Under the pieces are notes generated by a model, which saw only the letters and a program-made list of their open reading frames with translations, made no database searches and was not told the origin of the DNA. From the human T2T-CHM13v2.0 reference genome, Homo sapiens, in the NCBI RefSeq assembly GCF_009914755.1, contig NC_060930.1: 64,000 nucleotides of DNA. One strand, written 5' to 3'. The stretch's first letter is position 1. Each line of letters opens with the position of its first letter. Shown here in pieces: positions 1-13,196 of this stretch. The position numbers and the translations under genes are program-made.

Positions 1-605
1 CATCTCTACACTTTTTCTATTTCTCTAATAGAAAAATGGCCAATCTATATCTCCCAAGGTTTTACATAAATATATATATGAGTGTATGTCACAGCCCTGT
101 CACCTAAGAGACTAAATTTTTAAAATTTGGTGTAAATATAGATTCTCATGTGAAAAATTCCAACGGGTTCAACTGGAATTAGGTACCTATTCTTAGTACA
201 ATCAACTTGGTAGAGTCACCTTATTCAAAACAGTTGCTAGGGGCTCAGCCTTGACTCTGAGAGAGAACTGGGCTACTATGAGCTGAACAAATAGCTCTAT
301 GCTCTTCATTCATTCTCCCAATCATTCCAGCTGAAAACTTCATAAGTCAGTTTAGGCTTATCCTTCTCTTTCATATACTATTAATTTATAGTTCTGTCAC
401 AAAGAATTAATTCATTCTTCTTTCAAAATCCAGTATTATCTATTCCTTCTCCATTCTCACGGGCTTTGTTATTTGCCAAAATGATAGTTCAAAAACAGAC
501 ATTACACTGTAGTTAAATTTGCATTTCTTAAACTACTGGTGAGGATAAACTATTTTTTTTTTCATCCTATAGACTACTAACATTTCTGCTTTCTTGGTCT
601 GTATT

Positions 606-951
606 GTGGACTTGTGTTCCCCAAAATTCGTATGTTGGAGTGCTCTTCAATGTGACTGTGTTTGGAACAGGGCTTTTAAGAAGGTAATTAAGGTTAAATG
701 GAAGTCACAAAGGTGAGGCTCTATGAAGAGACATCGGGGTAATGTGCACAGAGGCAAGGCTATGTGAGGATGCTGCAAGAAAGTAGCCGTCTGCAAGCCA
801 ACCAGAAAGGCCTTGGGGGAAACCAAAACTGCTGACACCTTAATCTTGGACTTCTAGGCCCCAGAACTGTGAGAAAATAAATTTGTGCTGTTTAAGCTCC
901 AAAGTCTTTGAAGCCGAAAGACTTTTGTTATGGCAATAGCAATCTAATACA
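606..951 (+). mobile_element. MaLR solo LTR (MLT1-like)
   Basis: TG...CA ends; gacaccttaatcttggacttc, agaactgtgagaaaataaat and ctaataca motifs. Confidence 0.75.
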
Positions 952-1320
952 GTTTGCCTCAGTGTTCATTATTTTTCTTTTGACACGTTTGTTTCTTCTA
1001 GCAACAGTTCTCTAAGCATTAAGACTCTTAGCCCTTTATACATAATAAACATTAACAAACATTTTTCCCCATTTATTTGCCCCCCCACCTTTGTTTTTAT
1101 TTTGCTTTATATAACTGATTTTTTTTAGTATAGTCCAATTTTTCAAACTTTTCCTTCATGGTTGCTGCACATGAAATTATGATTAAGGCCAGCCTTCCCA
1201 TCCCCCAGAATATTTATATTTACATATAGGTTCTTGTAATTATTTTTCTTTTTGGTCTCATCTGAATTATTTTCAATGTATGATATAAGATACAAATTCT
1301 TTAAAAATATAGCTTACAAT

Positions 1321-1610
1321 GGGCCAGGCACCGTGGCTCATGCCTGTAATCCCAGCACTTCGGGAGGCCGAGGTGGACGGATCACGAGGTCAGGAGATCG
1401 AGACCATCCTGGCTAACACGGTGAAACCCCATCTCTACTAAAAATACAAAAAAATTAGCCGGGCGTGGTGGCGGGCACATGTAGTCCCAGCTACTCGGGA
1501 GCTGAGGCAGGAGAATGGCGTGAACCCGGGAGGCGGAGCTTGCAGTGAGCCCAGATCGCACCACTGCACTCCAGCCAGAATGACAGAGCGAGACTCCGCC
1601 TCAAAAAAAA
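1321..1610 (+). mobile_element. AluY
   Basis: Diagnostic gagaccatcctggctaacacgg and ggcgtgaacccgggaggcggagcttgcag; TSD atatagcttacaat 1307-1320 and 1665-1678. Confidence 0.9.
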
Positions 1611-2588
1611 ATATATATATATATATAAAATATACTATAGCTATATAGCTATAGTATATTATATATATAGCTTACAATTATCCCTGTACCATGTAATCAT
1701 TTTCCACTGATATGAAATCTTTTATCGTATACTAAATACTTACACTTTAACTCCTGTTGCTTTTTGTTTATGACATTCACTCATTCAATAATTTATTTTG
1801 GAGGCTATATTCTTCCGCATTTATCGTAAGGGAAAAAGAATTTTTCACCAAGTTTAAGAAACATTATTTTGGGTGTCTTAAATAATAAAAGACTATGACG
1901 GAAAGTTCTTAACGTTAGTTTTTAAATTAAAATTGTTTTCAGCTAACAATAAACAAGATGGATATACACAAAATTATGTTAATCTAGTGATGAGCCTAAT
2001 TAAAGGAGGGGGGTACCATTGATTTAGTTGAATTATACTAATCGAAAAGAACAGAAAAAACGATGGTGAAGAAACTACAAGAGGACTGTCAGCTTTTCAG
2101 GGTCCTTTTAAAAGAACAGTTCTTGTCCTTCTAGAACTAGTTATTCAAAATTCTTTTTTCCCCCCTCGATTCTCTTGATAAAATTCAGATAGTAAAGACG
2201 TATAAGTCAGTGGGGCTATTTTTACAAAGATCATTGCTTAGTGCTAGGAAGAGAATCCAGAAGACGGGAAGTTGAGGGTTGTGTTCTAAAAGTTCTCTGA
2301 AGAAAAGGGTACAGAGAAGCTCCAAGTTGTGCAGGCCCAGCAAACTCCATGTTGGACGTGCTTTGCTACCACCTAAATCTCTTCTGTCGGAATTCAAGGC
2401 CCGAACCATTCCAGGGATTTTAGAAAAAAATGGGGAGACACGAAAATGATGCCAAAGCCATAGCTATCATTACAAACATCCATTATGTTCACTCTGCTTT
2501 CCATATGCAACGCACTCTACATACAATGGGCGCCTTATAAGCACATAGCAAATGTGAAAAATATTATCAACATTGCTTTGATAATATT

Positions 2589-2695
2589 AATATATTATAT
2601 ATATTAGAATATATTATATATTAGAATATATTATATATATTAGAATATATTATATATTAGAATATATTATATATATTAGAATATATTATATATTA
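2589..2695. repeat. AT-rich minisatellite with alternating 19/17-bp units (36-bp higher-order repeat x3)
   Basis: aatatattatatatattag alternates with aatatattatatattag. Confidence 0.9.
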
Positions 2696-3243
2696 CTAAT
2701 ATAAAAAATATTATCAACCCTGCTTTAGAGAAGATGATACTGAGATATGAAGAATCATAAACTGTCCAAGATCACAGGGGCAAAAAGTTCACCTCAACTG
2801 AAACCTCTCACGAACCACAAAAATGTGGCCGAGGGAGCCTCAAAAAGCAGTACCCCAAGCGGGGACGGTAAAGTCAGAAAAGACAAGGCTGGGGGTAATC
2901 ACAGAGAAATCTAAAAACCCGCTCGGCCTCGCTACTCTTCTCCTTCCTCTGAGGTGCAGAGGCGCGGTGGGACGACAAGGAGTTGCGAGAAAGGGCAGAG
3001 CTCACTGAGGAGGCAACAGAGAAAGTCCGCTAACAATTTTTGAAGGCCGTAAGTTAAACATGTTAAAAACTGTAGCTACTCACTCAGCCGACATCTAGTA
3101 AAAAAGATGCGGCAAGATCAACAAGGCATATAGCTTGCGCCCGCCAGAAGTTCCGCGGCCTCCACACCCATCCCGGCATACTTTGCGCCGTGCACAGGCA
3201 AGCCCTGGTGCGCATTGGCCCCTTCGGCCGCCGTCGGCCGGTA

Positions 3244-3257
3244 GTTACTATGGAAAC
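3244..3257. promoter_or_regulatory. RFX X-box motif
   Basis: GTTACTATGGAAAC closely matches the near-palindromic RFX consensus GTTRCCATGGYAAC and lies 15 nt before the ATG. Confidence 0.7.
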
Positions 3258-3272
3258 CCAGCTGCCATCGCT

Positions 3273-3587
3273 ATGTCTCTGCAAAAGACCCCTCCGACCC
3301 GAGTGTTCGTGGAACTGGTTCCCTGGGCTGACCGGAGCCGGGAGAACAACCTGGCCTCAGGGAGAGAGACGCTACCGGGCTTACGCCACCCCCTCTCCTC
3401 AACACAAGCCCAAACTGCTACCCGCGAGGTGCAAGTAAGCGGCACCTCAGAAGTGTCTGCGGGCCCTGACCGGGCGCAGGTGGTGGTGCGAGTGAGCAGC
3501 ACCAAGGAGGCGGCAGCCGAGGCCAAAAAGAGCGTTTGTCGCCGTCTAGATTACATCACGCAGAGCCTCCAGCAGCAGGGCGTGCAG
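3273..3587 (+). CDS. IRAK1BP1: IRAK1BP1 (SIMPL) coding exon 1, 105 codons
   Basis: ATG at 3273 gives MSLQKTPPTRVFVELVPW...QQQGVQ, recognised as the IRAK1BP1 N-terminus; donor CAG|GTGAGA at 3587/3588, phase 0. Confidence 0.97.
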
Positions 3588-4866
3588 GTGAGATCTCCGC
3601 GGGGGAGGAAATAAGAGCCGGACGACACAAAAGGGTTGGCAGATGGTCGGGCCCCACAGGCCCCCCTAGCGGGAAGGGAGATGTGGAGGGTCTGGAGCGT
3701 TTAGGACGCGTTTGTTGCAAAGGTACTCCGGGACGCCAGGACCTGGCAGAGTGAATATTTGACCCATTCTTCTCCTAGACGAAGGTAATTATTGGCCTCA
3801 GGCAAATTAAAAATAAAAGAATGCAAATTGGGTAGGTTTTTATCTGGGGATATTTGCTTCAGTGATTTTGTTTTTAAATTTAAAGTGATGAAATGTTAAA
3901 ACTTGAAATGTTAGTTGTAAATACTTGCCCACGTGGAGTGCTGGACACTAAATATTTTGTTTTGTTTTGTTTTTATTCCGCACCATGGAATTGGCAAGTG
4001 AAGAGCACGACCTGCTTCCTTCCGATCATGTAAAACTTTGCATGGAATGGTTCTTGAGTATGTTCCGCAAACAGTAACGTTGGGAAGTGGGGAAGAAGTT
4101 GCGTCCATTTTCATTTTATAATGATTTTCATTTTATAGTGATTCCCCCAAAATTTCTTCGGCCTTCTTAGGTTTAACTTAAAAGAAAAAATCAAGCCAGT
4201 ATTGTGGATACCACATATACGAAATACTTCTACTTACTTAACGGAGATGTCCATGAGACAAATCACTAAACAAATCTTACCTTAAGCCTACTCCTAAGGC
4301 AAGAAAAAAAATGAAGCCATCATTTAATCCACACAATAGCACTGTTAGGCATGTTTTAATATCCCTGTTTTCCAAATTTAAAGAGGTTAAACAATGCTCT
4401 GAACTTTAGGTAGAGCAATATTTGAACTCATGTATTCCTGAAACCAGAATGTAAGTTGCTTCCAATTCTGCCGATAATTAGAATGAAAGAAAATTAGAAA
4501 TCATAGGGATCAACGATTTCAGTTTTCTCATTTTATAGAGTAGGACCCCAAAGGCCAGAGATGTAACTTATCCAGGATGACATTGAGTTGGTAAAAGTGC
4601 AGGCATTGTTACTTCCAGTCTATTGCAAGAAATTCCATACCCCGAAAAAGCAAGTCCTTATTTTTAACAAGAAAAGATATTTGAATTGCATTTATAATAC
4701 AAACATACAAGTTATTACAAAGTCATTTGGACAAGATTTCTTCAAATGATTTTACAATTTAGAAAAATACAGATAATTATAAATAATGTGAGTAAAGTGG
4801 GTTTAATATGTAGAAAAATAGTTTTAAAAAACTGCTACTAGTGCTGTAGTCGTTTGAATAATGTTA

Positions 4867-5215
<349 letters not shown>

Positions 5216-5425
5216 AAGTAGTAAGTAAATAAATTAACTAAGTCCAACTTAGAGTAATCAAGATTCAGTGTTCAAGGCAAGACATAAGAAAGACAGTAAC
5301 CTCCCAATTATCTCTGCTAATGGATGAAAGCAGTCAGGTAGATAATTTGTTCAGGAGATAATACAAAATATCATTTATATTTTCAGAATGAATTATGGGT
5401 CTTCACAAAGTCTGTATTCATTTTA

Positions 5426-5845
<420 letters not shown>

Positions 5846-6411
5846 CTATCCTCATCTCCTATCATATCTTCCTCCCCTCTATTGTATTTTTCTTTAAGAA
5901 TTAGCCCAAGTCTGAGCTATGGAAGTGAGACACTGTCTCAAAAAAAAAAAGAAAAGAAAAGAATCAGCCCAAATTCACCTTCTTGGCATTCCTTTCCTAA
6001 TATAACACTAATCCCTGCCATGCAACACTTCACTCCCTATACTTGTAATAAAAACTTATCCTGTATCATAATTCTTAATTTACTTGTTTCTCCTCCATAT
6101 TCTAAACTTCTCCAGAGCCAAGACCATTTGTTCTTTTTTTGCCTGTATGAGTTATGGTCCATACACTTCACATAATGTGTACTCAGAAAATGCCTTCTGA
6201 ATGAATAATAGAAAAAAAATGAAACAATAAGTGAACAAATTATTCAGCTATGGTATAGATCATAGATTTATGAACTTGTGTGAAGGTATAATCCTTACTT
6301 CTAGCGTGGTTTTCATTGAAAAGTGTTTTAAAGTTCTAAGCAATATTTACTCATTCAACCAACAAACATTAAGCCTTTCTTTTCATTGTTCATTTTTGTT
6401 TTTGGTTTTTG

Positions 6412-6696
6412 TTTTTTTTTGAGATGGAGTTTCGCTTTTGTCGCCCAGGCTGGAGTACAATGGAGGCAGTCTAGGCTCACTGCAACCTCCGCCTCCCAGG
6501 TTCAAGCAATTCTCCTGCCTCAGCCTCCCAAGTAGCTGGGATTACAGGCGCCTGCCACCACGCCTGGTAATTTTTGTATGTTTAGTAGAGATGGGGTTTC
6601 ACTGTGTTGGCCAGGCTGGTCTCGAACTCCTGACTGATCCCCCACCTCAACCTCCCAAAATGCTGGGATTACAGGCGTGAGCCACTGCGCCTGGCC
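6412..6696 (-). mobile_element. Alu (S)
   Basis: Antisense Alu consensus. Confidence 0.9.
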
Positions 6697-8158
6697 CATT
6701 GTTCATTTTTAAACAATACTTTATATTGTCTTAGTTTGTTTGGTCTGCTGTAATGAAAAACCATAGCCTGGGTAGCTTATAAACAACAGAAATGTGTATC
6801 TTACAGTTCTGGAATCTGGGCATCCAAGATCAAGGAGCCAGTAGATTTGGTATATAGTGAATGCTACCAAGAATTACCCTGATATCTCTGCTTCCCCTTT
6901 ATTTTCTTCTCTCTCCAACTGTAGGCATAAAATGACCTCACAATGTCTGGTCCTCCCTCACAAAAGTGTTTCGGTCACTCAGGATGCATATCTAAGTTCT
7001 AGTGCAAGAGAGGACTAGGAGTAAATGCTGAAGGGAGTGTTTAACCCCTTTAACCCATTGCAGTATGAGCAAGACTACTGTAAGATTCCTTTAACACAGT
7101 GCAACCAAAAGACAGACACCTTTTCTCCTTTTTGCTTCACAACAGACCACCTCAGCCACCATGACACCCAGTAGGAGGTATTCCACAGGAACAGCAGACG
7201 AGAACTTACCTTACATCATGACACATCAAGGCATATAGTTCTTGCAATGGACTAAATGTTTGTTTCCCCCCAAAATTTATAGTTGAAACCTAATCCCAAG
7301 TATGATGGTATTCGGAGGAGGCTTTTAGGAGGTGATTGGGACATGAGGATAGGGCTGTTTATAGATGAGAACTCCAAGGACCAGAGTGATTATTGGCAGG
7401 TTGCTTGCACACGGTCACAGCCAGGAAGTGGCAGAATTTTAACTTTAGGGTCCATGCTCTTAACCACTACAGGATGTTGCTTCTTTATTCTCTTGACAGT
7501 GGATAATTGAGATTTTAGGTAGGGAAGATGTCACTGATGCTATTGATACCACTACTTGTATCCTTTGGCACTTCACATTTGTGTGCATGCAGGCCCAGCT
7601 TCCATCTGACAACATTTGTAAATTCTTTGCCTGAAAGTGAAAGCTTTCCCTGGCTGCCGGAATCCACTCTCTGCAAATGGGGCCAGAGTGTAATGCCAGG
7701 GAATTAAAGTCCTCTCCCCCAGCCCCAGCAGCCTTCATCTGAAGGCTAATGTAGAACTAGAATGACTGAGGGAAATGAATGGAAAGAGACCCCAGCATCT
7801 TCACCCCTTGGGGTCGGATAATTCTGAGGTATGTGTTCCACCCTGGTTCCTAGAGTTTCTCTGCAGGATTAAATTTGAGCTGACCACAGCGGTAATTTGC
7901 TTGACAACATATCCTTTAGTGCCTTTCTTTCCTTATCTGTCTTGCATCCCACTCTGTTAATGGTGTTTTTTGGGATCACCTTCAAAATTAACTGTATGCA
8001 AATCTTTGTCTTAGGATATGTTTCTAGGGGCACCCAAATTAAGATAAGAAGTAGTGGCAACAAATTGAACATAGGCATTGGCTAAAGTTTTTCATTATTA
8101 AAAATGGTCACAACATGAATGTCCTCGTAAGCTATATATTTATACATGTCCTTAATTA

Positions 8159-8378
8159 CAGGTTAAGCATCCCATCCAAAATGCTTTACCAGAAATGTTT
8201 TGGATTTTGGAAGTTGTGGATTTGGGAATATTTATATTTTATATGTACCAGTGGAATATTTGTAATCTGGAAATCCAAAATTCAAAATGCTCCAGTTTCC
8301 TTTGAGTGTCATGTTGGCACTCAAAAAGTTTAAGATTTTGGAGCATTTTGGATTTTCGGATTAGGGATCCTCAACTGG
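8159..8378. mobile_element. Tigger4/Zombi-like MITE
   Basis: TIRs caggttaagcatccc / gggatcctcaactgg, flanked by TA. Confidence 0.7.
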
Positions 8379-8666
8379 TAATGTTCTTTGGACATTAATT
8401 CCTGGATTATGTATATTTGAAGGCTTATGAAAAATTGTACTCTAAAAATATACGTTTACATCTTCACTTGGCACAGTAGGCATTATTTTCTTCTGTAATT
8501 TTGCCAACTTAGCAGTCCAAGAAATGATACTGCCATTTCTTTTTTATCATTTGAACTTAAACTTTTTAAATATAAATTTCTAGTTCACAATATTTTGCCC
8601 ATTTTTCTATTGTCTTTACCTTATTAAATTGATAAGAACCTTAAAAATTAAGATTATAAGTAACCT

Positions 8667-9015
<349 letters not shown>

Positions 9016-9180
9016 TCAGTTTTTTATTTGCTGTATAACTTAGTTTATAGTATTGAACTTTCAAAATCTTAAAGTTTTGTTTAGCCAAATTCATTAATTT
9101 TTTTCTGTATTTTTTTCTACCTTTGTATATAATGTTTATTGGGTGTATTGGGTTCTTCTCAAGCATAAAGCTATATAACT

Positions 9181-9467
9181 TTTTTTTTTTAAACACAGGG
9201 TCTCATTCTGTTGCCCAGTATGGAGTAGGGTGATTACTATCATTGTTCACTGCAGCCTAAAACTCCGGGGCTCAAGCTATCCTCCCACCTCAGCCTCCCA
9301 AATAGCTAGGACTACAGGCACGCACCTCCATGCCCAGCTAATTTTTTATAGAGACGGGGTCTTACTATGTTGTCCAGGCTGGTCTCAAACTCCTGGCCTC
9401 AAGCAATCCTCTCACATTGCCCTCCTGAAGCACTGGAATGCCAGGCATGAGCCACCACACCTAGCCT
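9181..9467 (-). mobile_element. Alu (J)
   Basis: Antisense, diverged Alu. Confidence 0.85.
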
Positions 9468-10494
9468 TATAGAACTATTAACTAATATTTCCTGGTCTCT
9501 TAAGGAACCTTTGTAGTATATTAGATATGTGTACTGTGCTTGGAATTTACTTTGGTATAAGGATAAGAGTTTTGTTTTCTCTTAAATAGGTAAGTAGCTG
9601 AACTGACACCATTTACTGAAGTCTGTCTTTCCTTTACTACACATGCAAGAACCTTGCTTTACGTAATTGAAAGTCAAGTTGTAATATGGGCTTTCATTGT
9701 CAAGGCTCTGCATACTTTGATGTAGTTCTCTTGGCTTTACCTTCATCTTCCTGCATGATACTAAAATGGCTGCAACATTCCCAAGCCTTACATCTTATAC
9801 CATAGCTTAAAAAGAAAAACAATAGTCTTTGTTTCCTGCAACCATATTTATTTTAAAAAATCCTACAGTTCACTCTAAATAGACAACCTAAACTTATTTT
9901 TGTGGCCAGAGAAATGCCAGACCAATTAGCTTAGATATGGATTTCTGTCCATCTTTTAACCTAATCCTATAGCAAATCAGATGTGATCATCCTAAGTAGT
10001 TTAAACCTATTACGGCTTACCCTGAATCACATAGTTACTGCTCAGAGGTAGTAGGGGAAGAGTGTATGACATGAGGATTCCGTATTTCTTGTTTTACCTA
10101 CTGCTTTGAAATGTTACTGGTTATTGCTATTTGTAATCTTCAGATGTTCTTGAATTAGTTACAGAATTAATTAGTTCATTTGATCCTTGTTACGGTCCTG
10201 TGCCAGTACTATCCTGTTTAAATTATTATCTTCATAAAGCATTTGTAGGGCAAGTTCTCCCCTCATTACTCTTCTGAAAAAAATTCCCTGTCTGCAAGGA
10301 ACAGAGGGACATTTTAAGTGACAACATGAAATTATAGTCAGAAATTCCAGAGGGTGGAAAATTTCTATACAAAAAATTTCTATTTATATTTTGCATTCAG
10401 TTTACAAATTAGTTTCAGGATAATGGCTGATTTTACAGTGTTGTGTCCCAGTCCATTTATTTAAATGCTTTGTTTTTCTGTAAAGTTTTTTGGT

Positions 10495-11570
10495 TTTCTA
10501 GGAAATACTCTTCTAGACATTGACCTAGGCAAAGAATTTTTGATGAAGACCCCAAAAGCAAATGCAACAAAATAAAAAATAGACAAATGGGACTTAATTA
10601 AACTAAAGAGCTTCTGCACAGCAAATGAAACTATCAACAGAGTAAACAGAAACACTATAGAATGGGAGAAAATATTTGCAAACTATGCATCTGACAAAGG
10701 TCTAATGTCCAGAATCCTATAAGGAATAAGCAGGAAAAAAAACAATCTCGTGAAAAAGTGGGCAAAGGAAATGAGTAGACACTTCTCAAAAGAAACCATA
10801 CAAGCAGCCAGCAAACACATGGAAAAGTGCTCAGCATCACCAGTCATTGGAAAGATGCAAATCAAAACCACAGTGAAATACCGTCTCACACTAGTAAGAA
10901 TGGCTTTTATTAAAAAGTCAAAAAATAACAGATATTGGCAAGATTGTAGAGCAAGAGGAGTGCTTATACTCTTGGTGGAAATGTAAATTAGTTCTGCCAC
11001 TGTGAACAGCAGTTTGGAGATTTCTCAAAGAACTAGAAATAAAATTACCATTTGACCTGGCAATCTCTTTGCCGGGCCTATACCCAAAGGTAAATAAATC
11101 GTTCTACCAAAAAGACACATTCACTTGTATGTTTATTGCAGCACTATTCACAATAGCAAATACATGGAATCAACCCAGGTGCCCATCAACAATGGATTAG
11201 ATAAAATGTGATGCTTATACACAATGAAATACTGTGTAGCCATAAAAAAGAACAAAATCATGTACTTTGCAGTAATATGGATAAGGCTTGAAGCCATTAT
11301 CCTACCCCAGTGCAGAAACAGAAAACCACATATTCTCACTTATAAGTGAGAAGTAAACATTGGGTACACATGGACCCAAAGATAAGAACAATAAACACTG
11401 GGAACTCCAAAAGTAGGGAGGGAGCACAGAAGTGGTTGAAAAAGTAACCACGTAGTGTTTCCTACTTGGGCAACGGGATCAGTTGTACCCCACACCTCAG
11501 CATCACGCAATGTACCCATGTAACAAACATGCACATGTACCTTCTGAATCTAAAATAAATAAATAAAAAT
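10495..11570 (+). mobile_element. 5'-truncated L1 (L1PB/L1MA-like) 3' end
   Basis: KKWAKEMSRHFSKE ORF2 motif, 3'UTR, A-rich tail. Confidence 0.85.
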
Positions 11571-11727
11571 ATATATATTGAATAGATGAGATGTTTTCCT
11601 AGAAGATTTTAAAAGACTGTTTAAAGTTTTATGGTTTTCTTCTTGTTTACTTTTTTAAATTTTATTCCTATGAAAATAATTTTTATGGCTATTGAGATTG
11701 TTATCATCATGATTTGTGCTTCCCTAT

Positions 11728-12087
11728 TGATATGGTTTGGCTCTGTGTCCCCACCCAAATTTCATCTAGAATTGTAATCCCTATGTGTCAAGGGGGGGAT
11801 CTGATGGGAGGTAATTGAACTATGGGGGCAGTTTCCTCCGTGCTGTTCTTGTAAGAGTGAGGGAGTTCTCATGAGAGCTGATGCTTTAAAGTGTGACACT
11901 TTATCACTCTCTCTCTCTCTCCTGCCAACATGTAAGACGTGCCTTGCTTCCCCTTTGCCTTCTGCCATGGTTGTAAGTTTCCTGAGGCCTCCCCAGCCAT
12001 GTGGAACTGAGAGTCAAACCTCATTTGTTTATAAATTACCCAAACTCAGGTAGTATCTTTATAGCAGCGTGAAAATGGACTAATACA
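11728..12087 (+). mobile_element. MaLR solo LTR (MSTA-like)
   Basis: tgatatggtttggctctgtgtccccacccaaat ... ggactaataca; 5-bp TSD cctat/cccat. Confidence 0.9.
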
Positions 12088-12235
12088 CCCATATTACTTA
12101 AGTAGTTATTCCTGTCTTGACCATTTTGTCTTAAAACTCTGCCTTTTGTATTTAGAAATAAACAGTAGCTTAATCAAGAAAACTTAGCAGAGTAGGCTGA
12201 TATATTTCAATATTTTTCAGTTTTGTGCCCCTTAT

Positions 12236-12571
12236 AGCAGGCTTTCTCAATCTTGGCAGTATTAACATTATGGATTGGATAACTCGTTGTTGTTGGGGGC
12301 TGTCCTGTGCATTGTAGGATATTTAACAGCATTCCTGGCCCTTACCCATGGGGTGACCAGCATGTCCTCCTTTACCTGAAACTGTTCAAGTTTTAAAACT
12401 GGCAGGTCCATGTCTGAGGAACCTCCTCAGTTTGAGGATCACAGGGACACTTGATCATCTTGTGTATCCACTTAGTAGTGTATTCCTCTTCCCCAGCTGT
12501 GACAATAAAAAATGTCTCCAGGCATTGGCAGATGTCCCCTAGGGCAAAATCATCTGGTGGAGAACCACTGC
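12236..12571. mobile_element. MER20-like hAT element with a nested ~110-bp hAT-like insert
   Basis: ggctttctcaatcttggc...gagaaccactg ends; insert ~12350-12460 begins gggtgacc. Confidence 0.65.
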
Positions 12572-13196
12572 CCTATAGATAAACAAAAAATCTCATACTC
12601 TGTGTTGGAACCCACCAGCCAGACTATCAGAAACGTATCTATAGTGAAACAAAGTTAGGTTTATTTAGCATGATGCAACAAAGAATAATGCATCCCAAAG
12701 GACCTTAGGAGTGTTTCAGAAACAGGTATTCAGGAGGAGCCTCTTAAAGGTTTTGGCCTTGTGCTGAGTAGTTCCAGGAAAGGATCAGTGAAGCAGACAG
12801 GGACAGTTTGGTGATTGGCTATTTTATTAATTTTTTCATAGGAAACCCAGAGGATTACAGTTAGGCTAGGTGTGCCTTTAGTAAAGGCACAGCAATCAAG
12901 CAGAAAAAGAATGTTAATTATTTCTTGTGGTTGCAGGTCTGTTAGTTTCTGTTAGAAACTTTGGCTCTGTTAAAAACTTTCTTAGATTCTATGTCCTCTG
13001 GAAACATTGTTTATGTTCTGCTTAGACCTTCTCCATCTGATTGTCAACAGGCAATTTTTATTTCTCCATTCCCTGTAATATTATTTAGAATTTCAAAATA
13101 TATCAGATATTTTACTATATAGAGAAGCAAGATAACTGTCTTCTTATGTGGGTTGTTTTCAGACTGCACACACTTCCCTTTAAAAACTACTGGGCT

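Larger units (their letters stand above)
3100..3740. promoter_or_regulatory. CpG-island promoter of IRAK1BP1
   Basis: Dense unmutated CpG and high GC around exon 1 against an AT-rich background; reverse CCAAT (ATTGG 3214-3218). Confidence 0.85.

Noticed and set aside
2589-2695. CRISPR-like array
   Set aside because: No unique spacers; eukaryotic AT minisatellite.
3135-3272. 46-codon N-terminal extension of IRAK1BP1 in the ORF track
   Set aside because: Starts at TTG in the promoter region; the recognisable protein begins at ATG 3273.
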